In this document: piece after piece, positions 20,213 through 30,683 of the stretch | Position numbering within the stretch: the stretch's first letter is position 1 | How the letters are laid out: every line of letters starts with the position of its first letter | Source: an uncultured Gemmatimonadales bacterium | GTDB lineage: Bacteria; Gemmatimonadota; Gemmatimonadetes; Longimicrobiales; RSA9 | NCBI GenBank assembly: GCA_963708135.1 | Contig: OY970192.1 | Span: 2,208,001 to 2,272,000, forward strand | DNA length: 64,000 bases | Direction of reading: 5' to 3' | Position numbers and translations under genes: made by a program | The notes under the pieces: generated by a model | What the model saw: only the letters and a program-made list of their open reading frames with translations | The model's database searches: none | Told to the model about the DNA's origin: nothing

Positions 20213-22543
20213 TTACCGGTCGGGCCGGTTCTTCTCGAGGAGCCGCCGCATGGCGGCGACGCGCGGCTGGAACTCGGGATCGGCGTGCTCCCAGAGCGCG
20301 ATGAAACGAGCGGCGTGCTCGGCGGCGCGCGCGTGGTCTCCGTGTGCGTCGTAGAGGCGGGAGAGGCGCTCGTGCATCGGGGCGAGATCGGTCGCATCCG
20401 TCAAGATGCGGTCGACCCAGGGGGTTGCCAGGTAGCGCTCGCCCACCGCGATGGCGGAGTCCGGGATCCCGGCCGCCTCGTAGGCGCGCTCGAGGTCCGG
20501 CAGGTTGCAGATCGGGCAGGGGCTGGCTCCATCTGCCGCCTGGAAGTCGCGCACGGCATCGGCGATCCGGCCGGCGTGAAGCGCCGTCCAGCCGCGCGCC
20601 GAGAGCACGCCCGCCCGGTCGTCGCCCTGGAGGCCGGCGGGACCGGACCGGTCGAGCTCGTCGAGGACGGCGCGGGCGCGGTCGCCACGCCCCGCCATGC
20701 CATAGGCCACCGCGACCAGCGTGTAGGGCCGGTCCGGTGCGGGCACGGAGTCCAGCGGCAGGGCGCGCAGGACGGAGTCGAGCGCGCTGCCGGCGGAGCC
20801 AGGGTTGCCGCGGATGAGGGCGTCCGCGAGCGGGCCGGCGACCACGGCGACGGTGAGCGCGGAGCCGAGATTGCCGCGCTCACGGTAGAGGCGCGCGGCC
20901 GCCGCGGCGTGGGAGCGCGCCTCCGAGAGCCGGCCCTCCGCTGCCGTAATCGTCGAGAGAAACTCGTGCACCGGTGCCGCGAAGAGCCCGGCGCCGCCGG
21001 CGGCGAGCAGCGACTCCGCGGGGCCTCGCGCGGCATCGAAGTGGCCCTGCGCGCTCTCGAGCAGGATCCGCTGGATCAGGACGGAGACGTTGCCCGGCGA
21101 GCGCCGCTCCACGACGCTCAAGATCGAATCCGCCACCGGGTACCGGCCGAGGTTGATCTCACCATCCACGAGGTTGGCGAGCGCGAGTGGATTGAGCGGA
21201 TCGGCGGCCACGGCCCGGCGTGCGTACTCCTGAGACAGCGCCGGCTGGCGCAGAAGGCCGTAGGCGATGGCGATGTTGTTGAGGGCCGTGAAGTCGCCGG
21301 GGTAGAGCTCGAGCAGCGTGCGGTAGGAGGCCACGCCGGCGGCGTAGTCACCGCGGACGTAGGCGTCGAATGCCGTGGCCTGGAGCCGCTCGCGCTCGGT
21401 GAGGTGGTCGCGGTACTTCACGGCGCGCGCGGAGGCGTCCAGCCGCTGCCGCCGCGGGGCGCCCGTGTTGCCGTACGCCGCGGCGAGCTTGCGCCAGGCC
21501 ATGGCGAAGGTGCTGTCCAGGGCGACGGCCGACTGGAGCAGCGGGATGGCAGTGTCGTAGTCGCTCCGGTTCATGGCGCGGACGCCGCGCGAGTAGCGCT
21601 CGAGCGCCTGGAGCGAGGTGGTCGTGACGGCCTCCAGCGGGTCGCCCTGGCGAAGGCTCCGCAGCGAATCCCCGATCTTCTCGCGCAGATCGCCGGACAG
21701 CCGATCGAGCGCCGGGATCAGGGCGGTCGAATCCGCGGCCGTCTCGCGGTAGGAGGCGAGGACGGCGCCATCGGCGGCGTTCACGAGCCGGGCGGTCAGC
21801 ACGTAGGTCCCCGCAGCGCGGCCGACCTCGCCGGCCAGCACGGCCTTGATCCCGCCGCGCCGCGCTACCTCGCGGGCGAGGGTGGGGGTGAGGCGCGCGT
21901 CGGTGGAGTCGCGCTCCATGCGCGCAAGCACCTCGCGCACGTACGCGGGCTCGACCACGGTGACCGTCGGCGTCTGCTCGAAATCGACGCGGAACGCCTC
22001 CGTGAGCACGGCGGCGAGGGCCGCATCCCCGCCCGCGCCCTGGAAGTCGGCGATGAGCACGCGGTCGCGGCTCTGCAGCGCGCCGGAGGCGACGAGCGAG
22101 CCGAACGGGCCGACGCCGGCGTTGCGCAGCCCAATGTAGCCGCCCGCCGTCAGGCCGAGCAGCAGGAAGGCGACGATGCCGCCGAGGACGGCCCGCGGCC
22201 AGGTCAGGAGGACGTGGTGCTTCCCCGCCCCGGCGGGCGGCGCCTGCGTGGGGTGCTCGCCCCACCCCGTGTCGCTTTCGGATTGCAGCCCCGGCAGCAG
22301 CGTGGGATCACGCGGCCGGAAGGTGGGGAGCCCCTCCTGCACGAACGCCGTGCCGAGCACGACGGGCAGCCCGACCACGAACAGGACGATGGCGAACGCC
22401 GGTACCCAGGAGGGGAGCCCCACGTGGTCCGTGAGCTCCGAGACCACCTGGTAGCCGCCCCACGACGTCACCAGGTAGATGCCGAGGATCTGCCACAGGG
22501 AGCGGCGGTGCAGCTCGCGGACGATCCGGCGCAGTCGCGACAC
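20213..22543 (-). CDS. Membrane-anchored tetratricopeptide repeat protein with a TolB-N/CsgG-like middle domain
   Basis: N-terminal ELHRRSLWQ..Y plus about 3 TM segments, a VLIADF..ARRGGIKAVLAG..YVLTARLV domain and multiple TPR-like helices. GTG start, position uncertain. Confidence 0.7.
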   Translation of the reverse strand: MSRLRRIVRELHRRSLWQILGIYLVTSWGGYQVVSELTDHVGLPSWVPAFAIVLFVVGLPVVLGTAFVQEGLPTFRPRDPTLLPGLQSESDTGWGEHPTQAPPAGAGKHHVLLTWPRAVLGGIVAFLLLGLTAGGYIGLRNAGVGPFGSLVASGALQSRDRVLIADFQGAGGDAALAAVLTEAFRVDFEQTPTVTVVEPAYVREVLARMERDSTDARLTPTLAREVARRGGIKAVLAGEVGRAAGTYVLTARLVNAADGAVLASYRETAADSTALIPALDRLSGDLREKIGDSLRSLRQGDPLEAVTTTSLQALERYSRGVRAMNRSDYDTAIPLLQSAVALDSTFAMAWRKLAAAYGNTGAPRRQRLDASARAVKYRDHLTERERLQATAFDAYVRGDYAAGVASYRTLLELYPGDFTALNNIAIAYGLLRQPALSQEYARRAVAADPLNPLALANLVDGEINLGRYPVADSILSVVERRSPGNVSVLIQRILLESAQGHFDAARGPAESLLAAGGAGLFAAPVHEFLSTITAAEGRLSEARSHAAAAARLYRERGNLGSALTVAVVAGPLADALIRGNPGSAGSALDSVLRALPLDSVPAPDRPYTLVAVAYGMAGRGDRARAVLDELDRSGPAGLQGDDRAGVLSARGWTALHAGRIADAVRDFQAADGASPCPICNLPDLERAYEAAGIPDSAIAVGERYLATPWVDRILTDATDLAPMHERLSRLYDAHGDHARAAEHAARFIALWEHADPEFQPRVAAMRRLLEKNRPDR

Positions 22544-22558
22544 GGGGCGACTCCGGGC

Positions 22559-25369
22559 TCAGGGCTTCGGGGTCGGCGCCACCTTGGCGGCCGCGCCCTT
22601 GAAGTCCCCCGCCTTGACGATGGTGAGGCGCGAGAGGTCGATGTACTTCCTCAGTACCGCTACGATCTGCGCGGGCGTGAGCGCGGCGATCGCCTTCTCC
22701 TGCGCCGCGGTGAACTCCATGGTTCGTCCGTAGAGGAGCTCGGTGGCGAGCTGCGCGGCCAGGCCCGCGTCCTGCGCGCGGCCGACGCGGGCCGACTGGA
22801 GGTAGCCCTCCCTGGCCTTCTGCACCTCGTCGGGGGTGAAGCCGTCCGCGAGCGCGCGCTGCATCTCCTCCTTGAAGGCGGCCTCGAGGCGGTCCGCGTT
22901 CTGGGGCGCGTAGATCGCGTAGGTGATGAACTGCCCGACGGGGTCGAGCGGGCCTGCCTGGATGACGGAGCCGACGCCGTAGCTGAGCCCCTCCTTCTGC
23001 CGGATGCGGGTGGCCAGTCGCGAGTTGAGGAAGCCGCCGCCCAGCATGTAGTTGCCGAGCAGCAGCGCGGGGTAGTCGGGGGAGGTGTCCTTCAGGTCGA
23101 GGGTCGCGCCGGCCACGAACATGGCGTTCGCCTTGTCGGGCGTCTCGAGCGACTCGTCGACGGCCGGGTTGGCGTGATACGCCTCGGCGATGTGCTGGTA
23201 CGCCTCGGGCGCCTTCCAGCCGCCGAACATGCTGTCGGCCAGCGCGCCCACCTGTGCCGCGTCGAAGTCGCCGACCACGGCCATGGCGCCGGAAGCGGCG
23301 CCGTAGAAGCGGTGGTAGAAGTCCTTCACCTGCGCGAGCGTCGCCGCCTTGTAGGAGGCCGCGGCCTCATCGGGCGTCTGCACGTAGCGCGGGTGCCCCT
23401 TGGGCCACGGGCTCACCTTGCGCTGGTACTCCGTGAAGGCCAGCACCTGCGGCTCCGAGCGCTGCTGCTCGACCTGGGCGAGATCCTCCGTCCTGAGCGT
23501 CTCGAGCTCCGTCGAGTCGAACGCCGGCTCGCGCAGCACCTCGCCCACCAGGCGGAGCACGGCCGGCAGGTTCGGACGCGTCGTCTCGATCCGGACCGAC
23601 GCGCTGGTGGCGCCGCCGCTCACGCTGACGCGCGCCTTCAGCCGGTCCAGCTCATCCTTCAGCTGCTGGCGCGTGTGCTCCTTCGTGCCGCGCATGAGCA
23701 TGTCCGCCGCCATGTCCGGCGTCGCGCCCATGTTCATGAGCGCCTGCTCCGAGCCGAGGCGCAGCAGGATCTCGGCGTTCACCGTCTCGCCGCGCGTCTT
23801 CTTCGGCAGCAGCGCGACCTGGAACCCGTCGGCGAGCGTGCGCCGCGTGGTGCGGGAATCGATGTTGGCCGGCGACGGATCGAATGCCTCGCCCTGCGCG
23901 ACCTGCGCGTCCCCCTTGTAGTCCTTCACCATCGCGGCGACGTCGCCCGCCGCGGGAATCTCCGCGCGATCCGGCTTCTCCGTCGGCACGAACTCGCCGA
24001 GGGTCAGGTTGGACGGCTTGAGGTACGCCGCCGCGACCCGCTGCACGTCCGCCGGCGTGACCGCCTTCACGCGGTCGCGGAACAGGAACATCAGCCGCCA
24101 GTCGCCCATCGCTGCCCACTCGCTGATCTCGAGCCCGACGCGCATCGAGCTGTTCAACGTGAGGTCGATGTTCTTGAGAATGGTGGCCTTGCCGCGCTCG
24201 ACCTCCTCCGCCGTGGGCGGCGTCTTCACCACGTCGGCGAGCGCCTGCTCGAGCGCGACGCGGGCGCTGTCGAGCGAGTCCTCCTTGCGGACCTGGGCGA
24301 AGGCGAGGAGCATGCCCGGGTCGTGGAACTGGAAGGCGTCCGAGCCCACGTCCGAGGCCTTCCTGGTGTCGACCAGCGCCTTGTAGAGCCGGCCCGCGGG
24401 CGAGGCGCCGAGCACCTCCGAGAGCACGTCCACGGCCGCGAAGCCGGGGCTCGAGCCGGCCGGCACGTGGTAGCCCGCCATGACCACCTGCACATCACCG
24501 ACTCGGCGCAGCGTCACCGTGCGCTCGCCGTCCTGCGTGGGCTCGACCGTGTAGGTCGGGACCAGCACGTCCGCGCCCGTGCGCTTCGGCTTCGGGATCG
24601 CGCCGAACTTCTTCTCCACGAGCGCGAGCGCCTGCGCCGGATCGAACTTCCCCGCGATCATGAGCAGCGCGTTGTCCGGCTGGTAGTACTTGTGGTAGAA
24701 GCGGTGCAGCCGCTCGATCGGCACGTTCTCGATGTCGGAGCGCGCGCCGATCGTCGAGTGCCCGTACGCATGCCACAGGTACGCCGTGGAGAGCACGCGC
24801 TCCATCAGAATGTTGAAGGGGCTGTTCTCGCCCATCTCGTACTCGTTGCGGACCACCGTCATCTCGGACTCGAGGTCCTTCTTCGCGATGAAGCTGTGGA
24901 CCATCCGGTCCGCCTCCAGGTCGAGCGCCCAGTCCAGGTTGGCAGCCGTGGCCGGGAACACCTCGAAAAAGTTGGTCCGGTCCACCCACGTGGTGCCGTT
25001 CGGCTGCGCGCCGTGCTCCGTCAGCTCCTGCGGAATGTTCGGGTGGTGCGTCGAGCCCTTGAACAGCATGTGCTCGAACAGGTGCGCCATCCCGGTCTCG
25101 CCATAGTCCTCGAATCGCGAGCCGACGAAGTACGTGATGTTCACGGTCGTCGTCGGCTTGGAGGCGTCCGGGAAGAGCAGCACCTCGAGCCCGTTCGGCA
25201 GCGTGTACTGCGTGATGCCCTCAACGGTGGGACCCTTTACGGCCCGGGCCGCGGCGGCCGGCGCCGCCTTCGCGGGCGCCTTCGTCTGCTGGGCGTGGAG
25301 CGGCGCGGCCAGCGCCAGCGCGAGCACGAGCGCCGGCGCGGCGCCCCGAGCGAAGCGGATCCTGGTCAT
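22559..25369 (-). CDS. M16 (pitrilysin/PqqL-like) zinc protease, exported
   Basis: Signal peptide (LHA/QQ), inverted zinc motif HLFEH, NGTT..DRT, EMTVVRNE, RQKEGLSYG. Confidence 0.92.
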   Translation of the reverse strand: MTRIRFARGAAPALVLALALAAPLHAQQTKAPAKAAPAAAARAVKGPTVEGITQYTLPNGLEVLLFPDASKPTTTVNITYFVGSRFEDYGETGMAHLFEHMLFKGSTHHPNIPQELTEHGAQPNGTTWVDRTNFFEVFPATAANLDWALDLEADRMVHSFIAKKDLESEMTVVRNEYEMGENSPFNILMERVLSTAYLWHAYGHSTIGARSDIENVPIERLHRFYHKYYQPDNALLMIAGKFDPAQALALVEKKFGAIPKPKRTGADVLVPTYTVEPTQDGERTVTLRRVGDVQVVMAGYHVPAGSSPGFAAVDVLSEVLGASPAGRLYKALVDTRKASDVGSDAFQFHDPGMLLAFAQVRKEDSLDSARVALEQALADVVKTPPTAEEVERGKATILKNIDLTLNSSMRVGLEISEWAAMGDWRLMFLFRDRVKAVTPADVQRVAAAYLKPSNLTLGEFVPTEKPDRAEIPAAGDVAAMVKDYKGDAQVAQGEAFDPSPANIDSRTTRRTLADGFQVALLPKKTRGETVNAEILLRLGSEQALMNMGATPDMAADMLMRGTKEHTRQQLKDELDRLKARVSVSGGATSASVRIETTRPNLPAVLRLVGEVLREPAFDSTELETLRTEDLAQVEQQRSEPQVLAFTEYQRKVSPWPKGHPRYVQTPDEAAASYKAATLAQVKDFYHRFYGAASGAMAVVGDFDAAQVGALADSMFGGWKAPEAYQHIAEAYHANPAVDESLETPDKANAMFVAGATLDLKDTSPDYPALLLGNYMLGGGFLNSRLATRIRQKEGLSYGVGSVIQAGPLDPVGQFITYAIYAPQNADRLEAAFKEEMQRALADGFTPDEVQKAREGYLQSARVGRAQDAGLAAQLATELLYGRTMEFTAAQEKAIAALTPAQIVAVLRKYIDLSRLTIVKAGDFKGAAAKVAPTPKP

Positions 25370-25443
25370 GAGTCACTGCCCGGAGGGGAGGAAAACTGGG
25401 AATCACGGGCGGGCGTCCCGGATGCGGGACGCCGGCACCTTTG

Positions 25444-25472
25444 AAGATACTTACCCTACTTCGTGGCATCAA
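25444..25472 (-). promoter_or_regulatory. Sigma70-type promoter of the M16 protease gene
   Basis: TTGATG-N17-TATCTT on the minus strand, in an AT-rich patch about 75 nt upstream of the ATG. Confidence 0.6.
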
Positions 25473-25529
25473 CTTTCGGAGGTGAGCGACCGGCGCGAGC
25501 GCGGTCCGAGTCCACGTGCCGCGGGCCGG

Positions 25530-28076
25530 TCAGCTCCCCGGGCTCTCACTCCCGCGGATCCGCTGGATGGCGGCCTGGATCGCGTTGATGACCCGGAACT
25601 CCGCCTCGTCCTTCAGCCTCGCCTCGAGGGCGGGGATGCTGGAGGATTGGCCGAGCCGGCCGAGCGCGCCGGCGGCGGACTGCCGGATGAAGAGGTCCTC
25701 GTCGGCGAGGAGCGGGGCGAGGCGCCTGGCGAGCATCTCCTCGCTGCCCTGCGAGACGGCGATGAGCGAGCCGATGGCCGCCTGTCGAGCCTGCCGGCTG
25801 TGGCCGGGCCCGATGAAGGCGAGCATGAGCCCCCGGGCGGTGGCGGGGTCGACGCGGCCCAGGGCAACGATGGCGTTGGCGCGCAGCACGTCGAGCCAGG
25901 AATCCCGGTCGAGCATGGCGCGGATCACGGGCAGCGCCGCGGCGGGGGCCACGGCGGCGTACGACTGGGTGGCGGCGCCGCGCACGTAGAGCGAGGAGTC
26001 CGCGCGGGCCAGCTCGGCCAGCCGCGCCTGGACCGGGGCCGCGGGGAACTTCCCCAGCGCGACGGTCGCGTCCCCGCGGACGCGCGCGTCGGCATCCCGT
26101 GTAGCGTCGAGCAGGGCGGCGCGGGCGAGGGTGTCCGGGGCGAGGCCGGCCAGGTCCCGCACCGCGCGGTCGCGCACGCCCCAGAAGGCGTCGCCGCGGG
26201 CGGCCGCGGCCACGGCCGCGACGGCCTCGGGCTGGTCCTTGCGCCCGGCCAGCAGCCCGGCGGCGATTATGCGGCCGATCACCCCGTCGTCGTGCCGGAG
26301 CTGGTAGACGAGCATGGTGGTGGGGCGGGGGAAGTCGGTGATGTCGAGCAGCCAGCCGCCCTTGTCCCAGCGGATCGCGCGCGGCGCGCCGGGCAGCGGC
26401 AGCGTGAGCCGGCCGCCGCCGCCGCGCACCTGCATCACGCCGCGAACGGGGCCGGCCTCCGTCGTCGCCTCGATGTCCACGTCCACGTCGAAGAAGCCGG
26501 TCAGCGAGTCGCGCGGCTGGACCTCGCGGGCCTGGAGCGCGAGGGTCTTCGCGGCGTCGTCGTAATGGTAGGAGACGCGGACGACGGGGAAGCCGGCCTT
26601 GTAGACCCAGTCGGTGAAGAAGCGCGAGAAGTCCCTGCCGGTCTCCTCCTCGAAGGCCTTCTCGAGGTCCGCGCTGGTGACGGTCGAGAACTGGTTCGCG
26701 ACGGTGTAGCGGTGCATGGCCGCCCAGAAGGTGGAATCGCCGAGCTGGTGGCGGAGCATCTGCAGGATGGTGGCGCCCTTCGGGTAGATGTGACCGCTGA
26801 AGAAGAGCTCGAACGGGTCGGTCACCCAGCGGTCGTAGACGATCGGCCGGCGCGCGTTCCGGTCCGCGGCGATGACCTGCTCCTGCGCCTCGTAGCGGTC
26901 GAGGTCGCCCTCGTCCTTCCCCTGGTCGGCGTAGCGGAAAGTCTGCTCCATGAAGGTGGCGAAGCCCTCGTTCAGCCAGATGTGCGCCCACGTCCGCGTG
27001 GTCAGCAGGTCGCCGTACCACTGGTGCCCGAGCTCGTGCGCGACGAGGCCGCCAGAGTACGCCTGCGGCTCCGCCCAGCGCGGGTGCAGGATGCCGTTGT
27101 CGAGCTGCGTGGTGGCGGTCACGTTCTCCATGCCGCCGAAGATATAGTCGGGCGTCACCGACTGGTCGTACTTGCTCCACGGGTAGGGGTAGTGCGTCTT
27201 GTCGGAGTAGACCTGGATGGCGCGCGGCGTCATGCCGAAGCCGCGCCAGCCCGCCTGCACCGAGTCCGGATAGACCCAGTAATCCACCGGCACGTCCTTC
27301 CAGTGGTCGCGCAGCACCGCGTAGTCGCCGATGACCATCGACATGAGATAGCTCGACGCCGGGTGCTCGAGCTTCCAGTGCCAGACGATCCCGCCGCCCA
27401 CGCGCGTCGAGTCCACCAGCCGTCCGTTCGACAGCGCGCGCTCCCCCGTCGGCGTGCGGATGTAGAACTCCCAGAGCGTCTTGTCGTTCGGGTAGTCGTA
27501 GGTCGGGATCCAGTAGCGGTTCAGCTCCGTCTCGCCCTGCGTCCACAGGATGTGCATCCGGTCGATGAAGTACGCGCCCTGCTTCGGCCGCACCGCCTCG
27601 TACGCGATCGTCACCGCCGCCGTCGCGCCCTCGGCCAGCGCGCTCGGCGTGTGCACCGTCACCGTGTGGCCGTCGTAGTCGTAGCGGAGCGCGCGACCCT
27701 TCGCGCCCTTCACCGAAGCGATCTTCATCCCCTCGGCATCGAACGCCAGCGTGGAGAGCGGCCCCTTCGTCACCCGCACGTGCAACGTGGTGGTGCCCAC
27801 GACGGCGTGCCGCGTCCAGTCCAGCCGCAGGTGCGTCACCTGGTTCTGGAGGTCGTACGGGTGCTGCCGCTCCGCGTGCGCGGTCCCGGGCGGCAGCGGC
27901 CCCCACGTGATGTAGGGCCCCTGCTGGAACGCCGGGGTGCGCTCGTCGGCGGGTGTATCGGCCGGCGCGGCCGAGGCGCGGACGGCGGGCGGCACGGCGG
28001 ACGACGGGGGGACGGGCGGCGTCGAGGCGCAGCCGGTGCCCGCGAGGATCAGGCAGGCGACGAGGGGGCGTGTCAT
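25530..28076 (-). CDS. M1 family aminopeptidase with C-terminal HEAT repeats, probable lipoprotein
   Basis: Lipobox-like LAGTGC, GGMEN, HELGHQW..WLNEGFA, YPKGA, HEAT-like repeats. Confidence 0.9.
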   Translation of the reverse strand: MTRPLVACLILAGTGCASTPPVPPSSAVPPAVRASAAPADTPADERTPAFQQGPYITWGPLPPGTAHAERQHPYDLQNQVTHLRLDWTRHAVVGTTTLHVRVTKGPLSTLAFDAEGMKIASVKGAKGRALRYDYDGHTVTVHTPSALAEGATAAVTIAYEAVRPKQGAYFIDRMHILWTQGETELNRYWIPTYDYPNDKTLWEFYIRTPTGERALSNGRLVDSTRVGGGIVWHWKLEHPASSYLMSMVIGDYAVLRDHWKDVPVDYWVYPDSVQAGWRGFGMTPRAIQVYSDKTHYPYPWSKYDQSVTPDYIFGGMENVTATTQLDNGILHPRWAEPQAYSGGLVAHELGHQWYGDLLTTRTWAHIWLNEGFATFMEQTFRYADQGKDEGDLDRYEAQEQVIAADRNARRPIVYDRWVTDPFELFFSGHIYPKGATILQMLRHQLGDSTFWAAMHRYTVANQFSTVTSADLEKAFEEETGRDFSRFFTDWVYKAGFPVVRVSYHYDDAAKTLALQAREVQPRDSLTGFFDVDVDIEATTEAGPVRGVMQVRGGGGRLTLPLPGAPRAIRWDKGGWLLDITDFPRPTTMLVYQLRHDDGVIGRIIAAGLLAGRKDQPEAVAAVAAAARGDAFWGVRDRAVRDLAGLAPDTLARAALLDATRDADARVRGDATVALGKFPAAPVQARLAELARADSSLYVRGAATQSYAAVAPAAALPVIRAMLDRDSWLDVLRANAIVALGRVDPATARGLMLAFIGPGHSRQARQAAIGSLIAVSQGSEEMLARRLAPLLADEDLFIRQSAAGALGRLGQSSSIPALEARLKDEAEFRVINAIQAAIQRIRGSESPGS

Positions 28077-28191
28077 GGCTCATCCGCGTGCGAGGGTCGG
28101 CCGGGCCTGAACGCACCGGCGCACGCGGGCAATGTAGGGCGCGGCTCCGGAGCCGGCACGGTGTTCGACGCCGTCGATCCGGAGGGGGCAG

Positions 28192-28225
28192 CGCCTCGAC
28201 GCCGCGGTGGCGCGGCGTCGAGGCG
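28192..28225. terminator. Perfect 15-bp GC hairpin downstream of the TonB-dependent receptor (terminator or mRNA stabiliser)
   Basis: CGCCTCGACGCCGCG-GTGG-CGCGGCGTCGAGGCG; no clear U-tract. Confidence 0.5.
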
Positions 28226-28246
28226 GGAATGCGTCCCGGCTGCGGC

Positions 28247-30610
28247 TCAGTATCCTACGCTGAGCTTCAGCTGGACGGCGCGCGGGCGGCCCACGGAGGC
28301 GCCGCTGAAGAAGGCGCCCTTCAGGAGGTAGTGCTTGTCGAAGACGTTGTTCACATAGAGCTGTGCGGTGAGCACGCCGGCGCCCACGATGAAGCTGTGC
28401 CCGGCGGCCGCGTCCATGACGAAGCTGGGATCCACATGGATGTCGGGGTTGAAGTCGAAGAGGCCGCGCCCGATCGGCGCGCCGATGTCGGCGCCGTTGG
28501 TGAGGCCGCTGCCGTAGATCCCGGTGGCGCTGAGGAAGGAGCGGTGCGCCGAGTAGACGGCGGAAGCCACCGACGAGACGCGCTGGTCGTGGTCGAGGTC
28601 GAACCAGCCGCCGGGCACGTCGGCGATGTCCGTGGGGAAGAAGCCGCCGGTCACCGGGCCGTGCCCGTATGCGTGGTTGATGGCGAAGTTGAGGTAGCCG
28701 GAGAGCGGCCCCGACGGGCGCACCTCAATGGCGGCTTCGATCCCGCGGATGTGCACCACGGCAAGGTTTACGTCGGTGACGATGGAGGTGCCGGGCACGG
28801 TGTTGTCGTCGATCCCGGGGCTGCTGTTCTTCAGGTAGGCGGAGAGCTTGGCGACGATGCCGGAGGGAAAGCGGTGGATCACGCCGCCGGAGAAGAAGTC
28901 GTCGCGCTCGGGGAGCGTGGGCGCGGTGGCGGTGGTGTCGCCGCCCTCGGAGACGGTGGTGATGGCGCGCAGGTCCTCGATGTTGGTCGGCATGAAGAGC
29001 CGGCCGTAATACAGGTAGAGCGTGTTGGCCGGATCCGGGAAGAAGTTCAGCCGGAGCCGTGGGCTGACCTGGTGCTGGGTGGTGGTGAACGGCGCGGCGT
29101 GGCTGTCGTAGCGGATGCCGGCGCGCAGCTGGAGCCATTCGACCGGCGTGAGCATCGTCTCCCCGTAGAAGCCGAGGTCGTGGCCGTTCAGCCCGGAGCG
29201 GGAGGCGGGCCCCGGGTTGCCGGCGGCGTCCGTGGTCACGAAATCCTCGCGCCCGCTGGTGGCGGAGGACTGCGTGCCGACCTTGAACTCGGCCGCGTGC
29301 GATGGGCTCCAGCGGTAGTCGGCTTTCACGCCGTAGACGTTGAAGCCGCGGTTCTCGCTGATGTTGTACAACACGGTGTCGGGGTAGAAGATGAAGCTGG
29401 GCTCGTCCGTTGTCCCGGGCATGTAGTCGAGACTGCCGTGGCGATAGAAGAAGGCGGCAAAGAGGTCGGAGCCGGCCTCCCCTTCACCGCCGGCCCCCGC
29501 ACGGCTGAAACGGTGGCGCCAGCTCAGGTTGGCGAAGCTGTTGACGTCGCGCTGGTGGTCGTTGAGCAGCCCCTGCGTCGAGTCGAACGGGACGGCGAAG
29601 GCGGTCCGCGACCAGTTCAGGTCCAGGTCCATCTCATCGGCCGGGGTGGGGACGTAGCGGAGCTTGCCGAAGGTGAACAGATCCTGCCCGTGGTTATGGA
29701 AGTTGACCGGCTCGAGCGAGGCCGTGTCGAAGACGACCGGCTCCTCGCGCATGTTCGTCTCCTGCCGGGTACCTGAGACGAACCAGCCCCAGCGGCCCTC
29801 GTTCGAGCTGAGGTTGAGCGTCTGGCCGTCCGAGTTGTACGAGCCGCCGTAGGTGGATCCCTGGACGTGGAACCCGCCCGCCGGGATCTGCGTCTGCACC
29901 TGCACGATGGCCGCGTTCCTGCCGCCGTACTCGGCATCCCAGCCGCCCGTCTGGAACTCGATGCGGTTCACGACCTCCGGGTCGAACAGCTCGTTCAGGC
30001 TGCCGGATATGCCCGGCGGGACCGGGACACCGTCCACGTAATAGGTGTACTCCGCGTGCTGCCCCCGGATGTGCACCTCGCCGGTCGGCGCGCGGGCCGC
30101 GCCGACGATCGACTGCTGCAGGATCTGCGAGGTCGTGCTGGTGGGCGCGCCATGATACTGGTTCTGCTGGTAGACCTGGTTGCCCGTGCGCGTGTCCACC
30201 GCGATCGGCGCCCTGGCCGTGACCTCCAGCGCGCTGAGGCTGACGGCCTGCGCGACCAGCCGAAGATCCAGCTGAACAGGCGCCGCGCTCTCCCCCACCG
30301 CGACGGTGCGGGCCGCCGTGGCGAAGCCGATCAGGTGCACGGCCACGCGGTAGCTCCCGGGCGCGAGATCGTGCACGACGAAGCGGCCGAACTGGTCCGT
30401 CACGACATCGGCCGCAATGCGCGACCCGCTCGAGACGACGACCTCCGCGCCGGGCAGCGGACCGCCGTTCGCGCTGTCGCGGACGGTGCCCTCGAGGTCG
30501 GCGTTGGCCGGCGGCCGGGCGGGCGCCGCCACGAGAGGCCGCGTCAGGGGACCCGCGAGCAGCAGGCACAGGGTCAGGCCAGGGAGCATCAGGATTCGCG
30601 ATGAGCTCAT
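28247..30610 (-). CDS. TonB-dependent receptor with an N-terminal carboxypeptidase-regulatory-like domain
   Basis: Signal peptide, GTVRD..PLPGAEV..TDQFGRF..LAPGSY, plug HIRG..YVDGV..TGGWDAEYG, beta-barrel (AGIRYD, SPRL, NNVFDKHY), C-terminal aromatic residue. Confidence 0.9.
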   Translation of the reverse strand: MSSSRILMLPGLTLCLLLAGPLTRPLVAAPARPPANADLEGTVRDSANGGPLPGAEVVVSSGSRIAADVVTDQFGRFVVHDLAPGSYRVAVHLIGFATAARTVAVGESAAPVQLDLRLVAQAVSLSALEVTARAPIAVDTRTGNQVYQQNQYHGAPTSTTSQILQQSIVGAARAPTGEVHIRGQHAEYTYYVDGVPVPPGISGSLNELFDPEVVNRIEFQTGGWDAEYGGRNAAIVQVQTQIPAGGFHVQGSTYGGSYNSDGQTLNLSSNEGRWGWFVSGTRQETNMREEPVVFDTASLEPVNFHNHGQDLFTFGKLRYVPTPADEMDLDLNWSRTAFAVPFDSTQGLLNDHQRDVNSFANLSWRHRFSRAGAGGEGEAGSDLFAAFFYRHGSLDYMPGTTDEPSFIFYPDTVLYNISENRGFNVYGVKADYRWSPSHAAEFKVGTQSSATSGREDFVTTDAAGNPGPASRSGLNGHDLGFYGETMLTPVEWLQLRAGIRYDSHAAPFTTTQHQVSPRLRLNFFPDPANTLYLYYGRLFMPTNIEDLRAITTVSEGGDTTATAPTLPERDDFFSGGVIHRFPSGIVAKLSAYLKNSSPGIDDNTVPGTSIVTDVNLAVVHIRGIEAAIEVRPSGPLSGYLNFAINHAYGHGPVTGGFFPTDIADVPGGWFDLDHDQRVSSVASAVYSAHRSFLSATGIYGSGLTNGADIGAPIGRGLFDFNPDIHVDPSFVMDAAAGHSFIVGAGVLTAQLYVNNVFDKHYLLKGAFFSGASVGRPRAVQLKLSVGY

Positions 30611-30683
30611 GTCGGTCTCCGCCAGGGGGTTCCACCCACCCTGTTGGGCGGGGGCCGGGGTGCGCCCCCGGCCGGGCGGCGTG

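Noticed and set aside
20213..22543. TPR protein as an anti-phage defence or kinase system
   Set aside because: No nuclease, NTPase, TIR or kinase motif is visible, and its neighbours are a peptidase and DUF72.
20156..25444. 1762-aa plus-strand ORF and similar long antisense ORFs (12324..14963, 15784..18618, 25134..28331, 51062..53482)
   Set aside because: These are antisense shadows of well-supported minus-strand genes. They are Arg/Ala/Gly-rich with no motifs, as expected from stop-codon scarcity at high GC.
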